Source of the DNA: a virus
Taxonomy: Duplodnaviria; Heunggongvirae; Uroviricota; Caudoviricetes; Ackermannviridae
Virus record (IMG/VR): IMGVR_UViG_2974596396_000001
Span: 24,254-88,253 of that record
Strand: one strand, 5' to 3'
DNA length: 64,000 bases
This document shows, one piece after another, positions 43,645 through 54,337 of this stretch (its first letter is position 1; each line of letters opens with the position of its first letter). The notes beneath the pieces are model-generated. The model was not told the origin of the DNA. It saw only the letters and a program-made list of their open reading frames with translations, and searched no databases. The position numbers and the translations under genes are program-made.

Positions 43645-45873
43645 ATGACCAGAAATGTAGAAGAATTATTCGGCGGCGTAATCACAGCTCCCCACCAGAT
43701 TCCTTTCACGTATAAATCAAATGTCGGTGGAGAAACTTTTCTTTCCTTGCCGTTCTATCCCGTCACTGGTGTTATCACAATCAACGGTGGTATGCAAGTT
43801 CCGTTAGACAACTTTGAAATCGAAGGAAATACGTTGAATCTCGGACGCGCATTGTCCAAAGGCGATGTTGTGTATTGCTTATTCGATAAAATTCTTTCAC
43901 CAGAAGATACAGCCAAAGGTATCCGCATATACAAATTTCAGGCCGTAGGAGGGGAAACCGAGTTTACTCCTGATTTCACATCTTATGGAGTCCAATCTCT
44001 TTATATTGGTGGCGAGTACAAAACACCCGAAATTGAATATTCCTATAACAGCACGACAGGGAAAGTGTCTTTGCAAACTGCACTGACTGCAGGCGTTTGG
44101 GTAGTCGCTGAAATGTCTGTTAAACAACCGAATATCAGTCCGGCGTTTGACCGAAGTATTCAAGAAATCGCCCGTTCTGCTAATGTGAAAGACTCTGAAG
44201 TCATCGTTAGTACGGACACCATATCTTTGTTGGATGGGAAGAAAGTTGTTTATGACATAGCGACGCAAACCAGTTATGGTTTACCAACCATTCCTGATGG
44301 TTCTGTCATTTCTACGATCTCAGACGGGAAATTGAATTACAACCCAGGTGATGTGCAGGTTGATCTCTTACCATTACCAGATTCTTCTCAGGCGGTTAAA
44401 TTATTCTATTTACAACCAAGCGGCGCAGAAAATATTAAAGTTTCCAGTGGAGACACAGTACAAGATATTCTGAATAATATCAATAAACACCGTGTCGTTG
44501 GTAGTATGGCAGAACTTTTGAATGTGTCTCCAACTGAAACGACCTTCGTGTTTGTGACTTCTTTCCACCCATCAACCAATTATGGTGGTGGTTTCTTCCG
44601 TTGGGATCCTTCTGGGAACAAGGCTGCTCACAACGGCGGCACGATCATCGATCCTGGTAAAACGTTCCCGACTTGGGACAGCGCAGGGAAGACTTCTTGG
44701 TTTACCGCAAGCGGGACAGGTACTGGAGTTTGGCGTCGTCAAGACGTGATGGGTCATTACCGCGCTGAAGACTTTGGTGCGCTTCCTTGGAACGTCGGGG
44801 ACGCGCATGACAGTACCAAAGAATTCCAACAAGTGGCCAACGTGGCATATCGGGGTGGTTGCTGGAGATGGACAGGTCGCCATCGCATTACGAGTTATAT
44901 TGATATTCCCAATAAACAGACTTTTGGTTCATACGCCCAAATGACTTCTGTTTATTCTGAACTATTCCAGCCCAGCAATTTCCAGGGGGTGCACGTTATT
45001 TCTGATCCTTCTTTAGCGCGTTCTGTACAAAATGCTGTCTTCTTTGATGCTGCGACTGGAGAAGCATTCCGTTGTGGTGAAGGTGCATCACCAACAGATT
45101 GTTTGGTGTACGGAAGAGGGTTTACAACTACTGGGATGGATTTGGCGACATCATTACCTTCGGCGGCTTCGTATTGTGACACCCAAGCATTCCGTCATGG
45201 AAAGGCCATTAACGTGCGAAATGTTACTGTGGCGCTTATGAAGTACGCGTTGGATTCTAATCCATGGGATGCCAGCAAAGGTGATTATTATTCCACTACG
45301 GATCATATGACGATTCTGTATTGTTATTGTATTAGTCGTGTTCCATCCGGACAGGATATAACATTCAATACCAAGCATATCAATATGCGTGCTTATGTAA
45401 ACCAGATTGGCGATTATGGATTGGCGGTTCGAAATGTGGTGTTCATCGGCGGTTCGATCGAAGGGTATAACACTTCAACATACTTACGTTCCAGTACTCA
45501 ACTTTCTTTCAAAGGGACATATTTTGAAACGGGAGATACAGCATTCAATGGTACTGTATTCAGTCTTGTTGGTTGGTGTACTTTGAACTTTGAAGAATGT
45601 CTCGTTTATTTGAATAATACCAAAAACTTCGTGTCTTCGGGTGGTTCAGGACAGTCTGCTGGCGTCTTAGGTTTAACAATTAAATCTCAAGGTAATGTGT
45701 GGCGCAAAACTGACGTGGGAACAACTACGGTGTTTGCAGTTGATCCGGTCACTAATAAGCAAGCCTTGCTTGGATCCGAAATATTGAATGCTGTGAGTGG
45801 GGCAACTATCGCATATTGGGCTGGTGCCGTCCCACCTGGCACATACACAGCTCCAATCAGTGTTGCATTTTAA
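43645..45873 (+). CDS. tsp2: tailspike TSP2 (XD domains + receptor-binding domain); start revised to MTRNVEE
   Basis: kuttervirus TSP2-type N-terminus; GGGFFRWD, AEDFGA pre-beta-helix motifs. Confidence 0.82.
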   Translation: MTRNVEELFGGVITAPHQIPFTYKSNVGGETFLSLPFYPVTGVITINGGMQVPLDNFEIEGNTLNLGRALSKGDVVYCLFDKILSPEDTAKGIRIYKFQAVGGETEFTPDFTSYGVQSLYIGGEYKTPEIEYSYNSTTGKVSLQTALTAGVWVVAEMSVKQPNISPAFDRSIQEIARSANVKDSEVIVSTDTISLLDGKKVVYDIATQTSYGLPTIPDGSVISTISDGKLNYNPGDVQVDLLPLPDSSQAVKLFYLQPSGAENIKVSSGDTVQDILNNINKHRVVGSMAELLNVSPTETTFVFVTSFHPSTNYGGGFFRWDPSGNKAAHNGGTIIDPGKTFPTWDSAGKTSWFTASGTGTGVWRRQDVMGHYRAEDFGALPWNVGDAHDSTKEFQQVANVAYRGGCWRWTGRHRITSYIDIPNKQTFGSYAQMTSVYSELFQPSNFQGVHVISDPSLARSVQNAVFFDAATGEAFRCGEGASPTDCLVYGRGFTTTGMDLATSLPSAASYCDTQAFRHGKAINVRNVTVALMKYALDSNPWDASKGDYYSTTDHMTILYCYCISRVPSGQDITFNTKHINMRAYVNQIGDYGLAVRNVVFIGGSIEGYNTSTYLRSSTQLSFKGTYFETGDTAFNGTVFSLVGWCTLNFEECLVYLNNTKNFVSSGGSGQSAGVLGLTIKSQGNVWRKTDVGTTTVFAVDPVTNKQALLGSEILNAVSGATIAYWAGAVPPGTYTAPISVAF

Positions 45874-45920
45874 TTTCCCCCTCCTTCGGGAGGGTTTATT
45901 AGAAAAACAGGAGATTCATC

Positions 45921-47192
45921 ATGAATCCGCAATTTGCTCAACCAAAAGGTTCTACTTCAAAAGAATCGAACAAAGATAGTATTGCCCGTAAATTTGGGTG
46001 TAAAAAGTCGGAAGTCGTTTATGCCAAAGCGGGACAGTCATTGTCTGGTTATAAAGTGATCTACGATAAGTTGTCTCAACGTGCCTACGCTCTCCCTTCT
46101 AACATTGGTGCTGTAACAGTCACCAGTTTGGTCGACGGCATCCTCACACACTCTGGAGGCACTGTAGACCTTGGGAAATTAGCCGTATCCCGAGAAGAAT
46201 ACGTCACATTATCTGGGTCCTTTTCTTCTGGTGTTACGCTTAATGTTAAAAATGAATTACTTACCCATACTAATGGTAAATATCGTTGGGACGGTGCGCT
46301 CCCTAAAACTGTAGCCCCTGGTTCAACGCCAGCAACAACTGGTGGGATTGGCTTGGGTGCTTGGGTTAGTGTTGGTGACGCAGCTTTGCGTAGCGATTTG
46401 ACTGATTTAATCAGTTTTGTTCCTGATAATCCTCATGAAAAATTAAACAGTGCTTATGACGACAATAATACATTGTCTGTCAGTACATGGAATATTCAAA
46501 GCTATCAAGTTATTTCATCTAGATATGGTAGAAATATAACTTCACCGAAACGTTTTTTTGACTTAAGCAACTTCATAACTCAAACAGCGCCGCAAATCGT
46601 AGGTATGCAAGAAGCATATGACGGGCCATCAGCGCATATGAGTAATCTCGCGGTTGAGCCGTATGTAGATGAATCTTTTGGCTACGGAAGCGTAAATACA
46701 GATACAATCAATCTGATGGTTGGGTATCGCGCTGGTAATTCAACCTTGTCAGCATATCCACTAAGCGAGAATAAGGTTATCAGAGTGACAGATGAGGGAA
46801 CATATATCAGACTTGCTTCTCGAGATACGTTAAATCACCCGATTATTGGTAAAATAGCCATCTATAACGTTCATGGTAGTTGGTTTGAAGCAGCAGCCAT
46901 GCAGCTATACTCAGATATTATTTCTGATTACAAGACACTTGGCGTAACAAAAGTAATCGTAATTGGTGATTTCAACCACGACACCACAGAGCCTTGGTTT
47001 TCAGCTTTTACTGATGATGGATTTACTATAGTCAATAACATGAATTATGACACACGTAATGATGGTTCGGGGAGTTGGTATATAGATAACATCATAATCA
47101 AAGGATTTACCGTGCAGGATGTGCAGGTTTCAGCGCCTGACCCATCACTTTCAGACCACAAAATGTTAACCGCTATTCTCAAGGTGGCATGA
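45921..47192 (+). CDS. TSP1-position protein: tailspike attachment module fused to an endonuclease/exonuclease/phosphatase (EEP) domain
   Basis: MNPQFAQPKGS TSP1 N-terminus and TD motif; then STWNI, GMQEA, NVHG, IGDFNH, IDNI, LSDHKM. Confidence 0.8.
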   Translation: MNPQFAQPKGSTSKESNKDSIARKFGCKKSEVVYAKAGQSLSGYKVIYDKLSQRAYALPSNIGAVTVTSLVDGILTHSGGTVDLGKLAVSREEYVTLSGSFSSGVTLNVKNELLTHTNGKYRWDGALPKTVAPGSTPATTGGIGLGAWVSVGDAALRSDLTDLISFVPDNPHEKLNSAYDDNNTLSVSTWNIQSYQVISSRYGRNITSPKRFFDLSNFITQTAPQIVGMQEAYDGPSAHMSNLAVEPYVDESFGYGSVNTDTINLMVGYRAGNSTLSAYPLSENKVIRVTDEGTYIRLASRDTLNHPIIGKIAIYNVHGSWFEAAAMQLYSDIISDYKTLGVTKVIVIGDFNHDTTEPWFSAFTDDGFTIVNNMNYDTRNDGSGSWYIDNIIIKGFTVQDVQVSAPDPSLSDHKMLTAILKVA

Positions 47193-47193
47193 T

Positions 47194-48000
47194 ATGTATA
47201 ATACAATCGATGGCGATGTAATGCTTTCCGGTGGAAAATCCGCCGATGTGATGCTGAGAGCTATTCTGGCATCAGTAAAAACACTATCAGACAATAAAAC
47301 CATCCCCGTAATTACCGATCTTTCAGATATAGGGATGAGCAGAGAGACTAATACCCTATCTGAAATAGCTCAGCATATGCCTGTTGGTGCAATTGCCGTT
47401 ATTGGTGTGTCAGGTTCTGGCGCTTACGCCTCTACTCTTCCTATGCCTACTTTGTCTAATGGAGGATCGGCGGCATATACGTCAGGTCAGATTATCGCAT
47501 TCAAAGATTTAGGTGACTGGAATAAGGTGTATTTCTGGTATGCGGGTGGCGCTGATTTTACCGCTACGGCTATGTATAACGGAAATTTAGGAACGCCGTG
47601 GAGCGGATGGAAATTCCCCCAAAGCGCCCCCCTGATCGTAAAACCAGTGCCAGCAGAATTTAATAATTTAATGTCGAACATCTGGGTTTCCGGGGACTAC
47701 TACTTTTCTGGAACGCAGGTGGCCGCATTTACTGACCGCCCGCCTAATGCTGGCGCTGGGTATCTAAAGGTTATAAATGCAACTGGTCGTCAGGATTCAG
47801 ATAAACTATTGGAATTCACTGAAAATGGACCAACTACTAAAGCTTGGCGCAGAGTTTCATATTCAACCCAGTGGGTTTCAGTGCCATCAGTTAATTTAAC
47901 CGCTGTATCTGATTCATCATTAAGGATTGGAGACATGAAAGTAAATTCATCAGGAAATTTAATGATAAGAACAAATTCAAATACAGTTAAGGAAATTTAA
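47194..48000 (+). CDS. tail-fibre knob-like (pyocin knob/gp53-like) protein
   Basis: 268 aa; FNNL...SGDYYF...AGAGYLKVI...LLEFTE...KAWRR. Confidence 0.55.
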   Translation: MYNTIDGDVMLSGGKSADVMLRAILASVKTLSDNKTIPVITDLSDIGMSRETNTLSEIAQHMPVGAIAVIGVSGSGAYASTLPMPTLSNGGSAAYTSGQIIAFKDLGDWNKVYFWYAGGADFTATAMYNGNLGTPWSGWKFPQSAPLIVKPVPAEFNNLMSNIWVSGDYYFSGTQVAAFTDRPPNAGAGYLKVINATGRQDSDKLLEFTENGPTTKAWRRVSYSTQWVSVPSVNLTAVSDSSLRIGDMKVNSSGNLMIRTNSNTVKEI

Positions 48001-48010
48001 TAATCAAACA

Positions 48011-48040
48011 AAAACCCCGCTTCGGCGGGGTTTTTATTTC
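48011..48040 (+). terminator. intrinsic terminator
   Basis: AAAACCCCGC-TTCG-GCGGGGTTTTT. Confidence 0.85.
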
Positions 48041-48101
48041 TATCTGTTTGTTGGATGTATACTAAATATCTCTATAAAATGGCACTCGATGGAGCATCAA
48101 A

Positions 48102-51100
48102 ATGCAATCTACAAATTTAAACCGTCGCCCGTATTGGGATGACTGGAATCCTGGGAAACGTTTTTCACGGATTCTTTTTCGTCCGATGCCTATCAAGGTT
48201 CAGACTCGCGAACTGAACCAGATGCAGACTATTCTTCAGGATCAAATTGAAAAACTGGGCAACCATTTGTTCAAAGATGGTTCTATGGTTATCCCTGGCG
48301 GTCTGACGATCACCAATGCCGCAGTCTCTTTGAAATTCACTTTGGCGGGTGGTACTGAATTCACCGATCTGGAAGGTATTTCTGAACTCTACGTTTTGGG
48401 GAAAGACAATAACGCCAAAGCGCGTGTGTTGTCTCTTGAACGTGATCTGTCTGCTCCTGATACGATGCTGGCTATCCTTGAGATGACTGAAGCGGGTAAT
48501 GCTGACGGATTCCATGTTAACGATAATCTGTATTTCCAGACTTACGACGTGAATGATAATTTCATTCGTATTGGTTATGGTATCGCGGCTGCTGTGACTG
48601 GTTCTATCGTTGCTCGTATGACGAAAGGCGTTTACTTCATTCGTGGGATGTTCCTAGACGTTGATGACGCAACTCTTATCGTTGATAAAACTTCGAACAC
48701 GTCTTCCCATCGCGTCGGATTTAAAGTCACTGAAACCATCGTGACTGAATCTGAAGACGAATCCCTTTATTCAAATGCTCAGGGAACGATTAACTCTAAA
48801 GCGCCAGGCGCTCATCGTCTTCGAATAGATCTGGTCTTATCTCGATTTGATTATGATGCTGTGGTTGAAGACTTTGTTGAACTGGCCAAAGTTCGTGATG
48901 GTAAAATCCAGTCTATGGTGACTCAGTCTACCTATAATATTCTGGAAGACACGTTGGCCCAACGGACTTATGAAACCAACGGCGATTATAACGTTTCGAC
49001 TCATCAGATCGATATTCGTGAACACCTGAAAGTCAATAACAATGGCGGGGTATTCAATGCTGCTGATGGCGGTGACGAGAGCAAATTTGTTTCTGTGATG
49101 AAACCAGGCATCTCCTATGTTCGCGGTCGCCGTATCGAAAACGTCGGGGAAGAGTTGGTGATCGTTGATAAGGCGCGGGATACCGATGTCCTGAACAACA
49201 CCCCTGTTGCGGTGGCCACAGGCAATTATCTGGTCACTAAGAATTCTAAAGGTGTGCCAGTGATATCCCGCACCGTTCGATACAAATTACTGAATGCTTC
49301 AGGCGTTACCCAGGCTACAGCACTTTGTATATCAGCTGAACGTAATTCAACAGAATTTCGTCTATATATGCGCGACCTGGTCGTTACTGGCGATGCATCC
49401 ACTATCACCAAAGTGTCTTACGAAGAAAGCGGTATCACCATGTTCTCTGCTGAACTTGAATCCAATCAGTTTAACCAGAGTTCTATGATAGATCTGATCT
49501 TCTCTCTTCCGGTATTCGGTGTCAAGACTTTAGCACCAACTGGCTCCGTGGATATCAACTACACTGTTCTCAGAACGTATAAAGTGACGTTGGACAACAG
49601 CGGCGCGGGTTCTATTTCTGCTCCATTGGGATATAGTTTTTCCCCAGAATTTTCGTTGTACTCTGCAGCGAAATCAGATGGTTCAGAAGCGCAGTTCGAT
49701 ATCTCTGGTTCTTTGTCTTTGACTGGTTCTCCGGTCGGTTCGGCGCTGCAGATTTCTCTGGGCAGTGGTAATGCTAACCAGTCAATCAATTTGCTGGCGC
49801 TGATGATTCGTACCACGGCCACAATTAAAACGAAGACCATCACTGAAACAACTGAAACAGTGACGTTCACCTCGCAGACTAGCCGTCCTTTGGCGAATCA
49901 CGATGGTTGGAAATTGGTATCGGTCAAAAACGATACTGGCGCAGACGTGACCTCCAGCTTCGTCCTAGATGGCGGACAGCGTGATGCAGGGTATTACAAG
50001 TCTAACTTGTTATCCAGCGCTGGAGCAATCTCAGGGACGTATACAGTGGTGTATCAATACTTCGCCCACAGTTCCGGTGATTTCTTCTCTGCTGATTCGT
50101 ATACTTCGATGGATTATAAAGATATCCCGAATTATACATCTTCTACATCAGGCGCGGTGTACGGTCTGGCAGATAGTTTGGATTTCCGTCCGAAAATTAC
50201 CAACGGAACTTCTGACACAGATATGGTTCGTCCAAACACTGCAGTTATTCTGGACACAGAATATTATCTGCCGCGTATCGACGCGATTTATCTGGCAGAC
50301 AACGGTGTGTTTGGTGTGGCTCGAGGCATCAGTTCTAATAATCTGGCTTCTCCAGCAATCCCAGCGAACGCCATGCGTTTGTATGAATTGTTGATCCCGC
50401 CGTATACACCGAATATTGATGATATCCAAATTCGAACTATTGATAATCGTCGTTATACAATGCGCGATATCGGTAAACTGGAAACCCGTATTTCTAATGT
50501 TGAATACTATACCTCTCTGTCACAGCTGGAATCTTCAGCGATGACACAGCAAGTGTTCGACCCCATCACGGGCAATCCCCGTTTCAAAAATGGTATTGCA
50601 GCTGATCCGTTCAAAGACTTCCGGTTGATTGATGACTTGTCTGAAGATTGGATGGGTTCTATCGATACCGAAAACGGACGTCTGCGCCCGTTTGTACAAC
50701 AAAACGTTGTTGACATGACTCCGGTTGGCTGGAACAAAGTGATGGATGGGATGGTGGTTTGTAATTACACGCCTGAAATCTCGGTGAACCAAGAATATGC
50801 GACGACGACGATCAACGTTAACCCGTATGCTGTATTCAATTGGGAAGGTTTCTTGAAGATTAACCCGACCACAGACTACTGGTTCGAAAACTATTATGTT
50901 GCGCCGCGTATTATCAATGAAACGATCAACACCCGTGGTACTGTACAAGAAGGTTCAGTGTACGGAACATGGCGTACTGTTTCTGTTTCTGATCGTGTTT
51001 GGGAACCGCATGGTGCTGGTGGTGTGTGGTGGGGATATCGTTACCGCACGACTGTTTCTGCCCGTGATGTCACCACATATACATACACGGACAAAACAAC

Positions 51101-52940
51101 CACGACCATGACTGGTGAACAGATTGTGGAGACGCAAGTTATCCCATACATGCGCGAGATCGATATTTCTTTCGACGCATCTGGGCTGCGACCTTTCACT
51201 CGTATGTATGCGTTCTTCTCTGGTCGTGACGTCAATCTGTATTGCAAACCGAATGGCGGTAATTTCGGTGACCCAATCACCACTGATGCCAATGGTGCTG
51301 TTAAAGGTGTATTCCGCGTTCCACAGAACGATACAATCAAGTTCAACACAGGCGACAACGTGTTCCGCTTAACGGATAGCCCTGTTGACAGTAAATCTGC
51401 GGATGACACACTGACCAATGCAGAAATTGTTCATAAATCTTTCGGTAAGAAACAAGGTATTCAAAAGACCTTTGTCAACACTCGTGTCCTGGGTTACACT
51501 GCCAGTACTCGCACCGAAACCAGCACTTCTGAAGTTGTGGTCGACCAATGGCGTGATCCGATTGCCCAATCGTTTATGGTGGCGACTAAGAATGGCGGCG
51601 AGTATATCGAAGGCGTGGAAGTGTTCTTCTCTACCAAGTCACGTGATGTTCCGATCACTCTGGAAATTCGCGAGATGGAGAATGGCTTACCTTCTCATAC
51701 AGTCATTACTCGTAAAACTTTGAACCCGTCTGAAGTGACGATCTCTACAGACTCTTCCGGCGGTACGAAGTTCACCTTTGATTATCCGGTGTATCTGCAA
51801 GCAACGACTGAGTTTGCTATCGTTTTGTTGGCGAATACTCAGGATTACAACGCGTATATCGCGGAAATGGGCAAGAAAAACCTTCTGTCCAACGAATATA
51901 TCGCCAAACAACCGTATACAGGGGTGTTCTTCACTTCTTCAAACGGTTCTACATGGTCTCCGAACCAAATGGCCGATATGAAATTCCGCATATATCGTTG
52001 CAACTTTGCGGCTGGACAGAACGTTGTAACATTTGATCCGAAGCTCGGGCCAAAACAACGTCCGTTGGGATTGAATACTCTGAACTGCGTGAGTGGGTCT
52101 TCTGTTGTGACTGTGTTTGCACCTGGTCATGGTTTGGTTGCTGGGAACAATGTTACTCTTTCTGAATTGACAGGCGGTTGTGGCTTTACTCCTGAACAAC
52201 TTAACAAAACGTTTACTGTGACAGATGCGAGCTATACTTCATTCAAGATTGACGTCGGTACGGCAGCAGAGAGCAATGGACAAATCGGTGGAGATAATGC
52301 TTCTTTCTTGGGCAATTATCTGGTTGATATGTTCTATGCCAGCGTTACCAATTCGGCTCTGGAAGGTTCAATTCTGAAATTGGAATACCGTTATCGCGAT
52401 GCCACTTCAAATTCTATGTCTGATTGGGCTGAGTTTGAAACTGACACTGACGTGGCATTGCCGACTGAAGGTATCTATCGTCAGGTCGGGGATTTCCAAA
52501 TCCGAGCCACCATGACGCGTAGTGAAAACAACGTGTACACTGCTCCAATGATTGATGGCGATGACCTGAGCGTAATCTTCAACTCATACGGTGTGGATCC
52601 ATTTGAAGATGTCTTCAAATACGTGACAAAGGACATCGGATTTGATAATCCGTGTTCTACTGTGAAGTTGTTCTTTGGTGCAATGCTCCCATCTCAGTCT
52701 TCGATGAAGGTGCAGGTGAAACTTCTACGAGCAGGGCAAGAGATGGATAGTGTGGCTTGGGAAGACGTCACCCCAACTTCGCCTCTGGTTAACGACGGTT
52801 CCACATTCTTTGAATATGAGTATGACAAGACTGTGGCGAGCAATAACCCGTTTGTTGGCCTGAAAGTCCGAGCGCTTGTACGGGGGAACCGCGTTGCTCC
52901 TCCTTCATTCAAAGACTTCCGTCTTATTGCTCTGGCATAA
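48102..52940 (+). CDS. VriC/VrlC-like large baseplate-associated virion protein
   Basis: 1612 aa; PYWDDW...ILFRP...QTRELNQMQ N-terminus, RYTMRDIGKLETRI, DPIAQSF; CTAAATA at 48062-48068. Confidence 0.85.
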   Translation: MQSTNLNRRPYWDDWNPGKRFSRILFRPMPIKVQTRELNQMQTILQDQIEKLGNHLFKDGSMVIPGGLTITNAAVSLKFTLAGGTEFTDLEGISELYVLGKDNNAKARVLSLERDLSAPDTMLAILEMTEAGNADGFHVNDNLYFQTYDVNDNFIRIGYGIAAAVTGSIVARMTKGVYFIRGMFLDVDDATLIVDKTSNTSSHRVGFKVTETIVTESEDESLYSNAQGTINSKAPGAHRLRIDLVLSRFDYDAVVEDFVELAKVRDGKIQSMVTQSTYNILEDTLAQRTYETNGDYNVSTHQIDIREHLKVNNNGGVFNAADGGDESKFVSVMKPGISYVRGRRIENVGEELVIVDKARDTDVLNNTPVAVATGNYLVTKNSKGVPVISRTVRYKLLNASGVTQATALCISAERNSTEFRLYMRDLVVTGDASTITKVSYEESGITMFSAELESNQFNQSSMIDLIFSLPVFGVKTLAPTGSVDINYTVLRTYKVTLDNSGAGSISAPLGYSFSPEFSLYSAAKSDGSEAQFDISGSLSLTGSPVGSALQISLGSGNANQSINLLALMIRTTATIKTKTITETTETVTFTSQTSRPLANHDGWKLVSVKNDTGADVTSSFVLDGGQRDAGYYKSNLLSSAGAISGTYTVVYQYFAHSSGDFFSADSYTSMDYKDIPNYTSSTSGAVYGLADSLDFRPKITNGTSDTDMVRPNTAVILDTEYYLPRIDAIYLADNGVFGVARGISSNNLASPAIPANAMRLYELLIPPYTPNIDDIQIRTIDNRRYTMRDIGKLETRISNVEYYTSLSQLESSAMTQQVFDPITGNPRFKNGIAADPFKDFRLIDDLSEDWMGSIDTENGRLRPFVQQNVVDMTPVGWNKVMDGMVVCNYTPEISVNQEYATTTINVNPYAVFNWEGFLKINPTTDYWFENYYVAPRIINETINTRGTVQEGSVYGTWRTVSVSDRVWEPHGAGGVWWGYRYRTTVSARDVTTYTYTDKTTTTMTGEQIVETQVIPYMREIDISFDASGLRPFTRMYAFFSGRDVNLYCKPNGGNFGDPITTDANGAVKGVFRVPQNDTIKFNTGDNVFRLTDSPVDSKSADDTLTNAEIVHKSFGKKQGIQKTFVNTRVLGYTASTRTETSTSEVVVDQWRDPIAQSFMVATKNGGEYIEGVEVFFSTKSRDVPITLEIREMENGLPSHTVITRKTLNPSEVTISTDSSGGTKFTFDYPVYLQATTEFAIVLLANTQDYNAYIAEMGKKNLLSNEYIAKQPYTGVFFTSSNGSTWSPNQMADMKFRIYRCNFAAGQNVVTFDPKLGPKQRPLGLNTLNCVSGSSVVTVFAPGHGLVAGNNVTLSELTGGCGFTPEQLNKTFTVTDASYTSFKIDVGTAAESNGQIGGDNASFLGNYLVDMFYASVTNSALEGSILKLEYRYRDATSNSMSDWAEFETDTDVALPTEGIYRQVGDFQIRATMTRSENNVYTAPMIDGDDLSVIFNSYGVDPFEDVFKYVTKDIGFDNPCSTVKLFFGAMLPSQSSMKVQVKLLRAGQEMDSVAWEDVTPTSPLVNDGSTFFEYEYDKTVASNNPFVGLKVRALVRGNRVAPPSFKDFRLIALA

Positions 52941-52992
52941 ATAATGTTGAAAGGTGGGCGTAAAGCCCACCAAACCAATAGAGGATAAAGAT

Positions 52993-53241
52993 ATGCGTGG
53001 AGTGAAAGTACAGGGGCACGCATCCATGTTGAGAAGCAGTTCTTGCCCTGGCGCGATTATTTACACCGATCACGCCGCTGGCATGGCTGCATTGCAAGCC
53101 CGTCAACGCAATGAAACTCGTGAAGCCACCATTGTTGAACAATCAAACCAGATATCTAATCTGGAGGCGACAATCAAAATGATGGCCGAAAAGTTGGGGA
53201 TCGAAATCCCCGAAGGAGGCCAGAATGGCGACGCAAGCTGA
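52993..53241 (+). CDS. small coiled-coil hypothetical protein (start revised to MRGVKV)
   Basis: GAGGA SD. Confidence 0.65.
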   Translation: MRGVKVQGHASMLRSSSCPGAIIYTDHAAGMAALQARQRNETREATIVEQSNQISNLEATIKMMAEKLGIEIPEGGQNGDAS

Positions 53242-53566
53242 AAGAACGGGGCTTGACATCCGTGGTATCTTAACTGCCGTCGTGGCTTCTGCATTGGTCT
53301 CGGCAGCATCGTTCCTTTGGTTCATGGGTGGGATGGAAACGCGCGTGAATGTATTGGAACGAGATTCCAACAAGATGGATCAAGTTCTTCAGAAAGTGAA
53401 TGACATGAGTGAACGTATGGCGATCATGAATACTGACCTCGCATATGTCAAACAAAACATGGCTGAGTTAAAACTCAATAGCAGCAGTCTTTCAGATGAT
53501 GTTCGCACACTGCGGATTACTGTATCTGATTTGCAGCAAAAGGGGAATAACAATGGCCGTCAATAA
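53225..53566 (+). CDS. membrane-anchored coiled-coil protein
   Basis: 113 aa; one TM followed by heptads. Confidence 0.65.
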   Translation: MATQAERTGLDIRGILTAVVASALVSAASFLWFMGGMETRVNVLERDSNKMDQVLQKVNDMSERMAIMNTDLAYVKQNMAELKLNSSSLSDDVRTLRITVSDLQQKGNNNGRQ

Positions 53567-54305
53567 GATTCGAGACAAAAAATCTTTTATGAATTATGTC
53601 TTGCGTAAATTGGGCGCTCCCGTGATCCAAATTAACCTTGACAGTTCACAAGTCGAAGATGCAGTCGATGATGCTCTGCAGAAATTTTGGGAATATCATC
53701 GTGATGGTAGCCAAGATGCGTTCTTCCTGTACCAAGTTAAACAAGAAGATATCGACAAGGGATATATAGAATTTCCCGATGATATTGACGATGTGATTGA
53801 AGTTATCCCTGGACCTCCTATTGAGTCAATCGGAAACTGGGCAACTCCTCAATGGCAAATGGCTCAAGCAATGCTTGTCCCCAAAGCAGCGCTGGTTTCT
53901 ATTCGTCTCATTGATTATGTTTCCATGCAACAACGCCTGTCGGATATCACAAGCGTCTTAAATGTTCGCCGTAATTTTGTGTACAAGAAGTTCCAGCGAC
54001 GCCTTTACCCGCAGTTTGCTGCCATTGTTGATGAAACTCTGGCTTTTCGTTGTTATCAAAATATCGACCCCGAATCGGAAGAAAACGCTGAAGCATGGAA
54101 TGATATGTGGTTGAAAGCGTATGCGACTGCATTGGTCAAGCGCCGTTGGGCAGAGGTGCTTAAGAAGGCAAGAGGCATCCGTCTCCCTGGTGGTATCGAA
54201 CTGGATGGTGATAGTATGTTCAGTGAGGCCGAGACCGAGATAGAGCGGTTGGAGGAAGAATTGCGTACTGGTCAGCAATACCCTATCGATTTTATGATGG
54301 GATAA
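53553..54305 (+). CDS. gp13: neck protein; start revised to MAVNKIRD
   Basis: LRKLGAPVIQIN...QVEDAVDDALQKFWEYHRDG; LPGGIELDG. Confidence 0.92.
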   Translation: MAVNKIRDKKSFMNYVLRKLGAPVIQINLDSSQVEDAVDDALQKFWEYHRDGSQDAFFLYQVKQEDIDKGYIEFPDDIDDVIEVIPGPPIESIGNWATPQWQMAQAMLVPKAALVSIRLIDYVSMQQRLSDITSVLNVRRNFVYKKFQRRLYPQFAAIVDETLAFRCYQNIDPESEENAEAWNDMWLKAYATALVKRRWAEVLKKARGIRLPGGIELDGDSMFSEAETEIERLEEELRTGQQYPIDFMMG

Positions 54306-54337
54306 GAGAAGGCGGGATAACCCGCCTTTCTTTTTAT
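54305..54337. terminator. terminator between convergent genes
   Basis: AAGGCGGG-ATAA-CCCGCCTTTCTTTTT. Confidence 0.75.

Noticed and set aside
47181-47200. Programmed frameshift or sequencing error joining the EEP-TSP and the knob ORF
   Set aside because: No slippery sequence; the EEP domain ends naturally after SDH; the second ORF has its own AAGGTGG SD, so translational coupling is simpler
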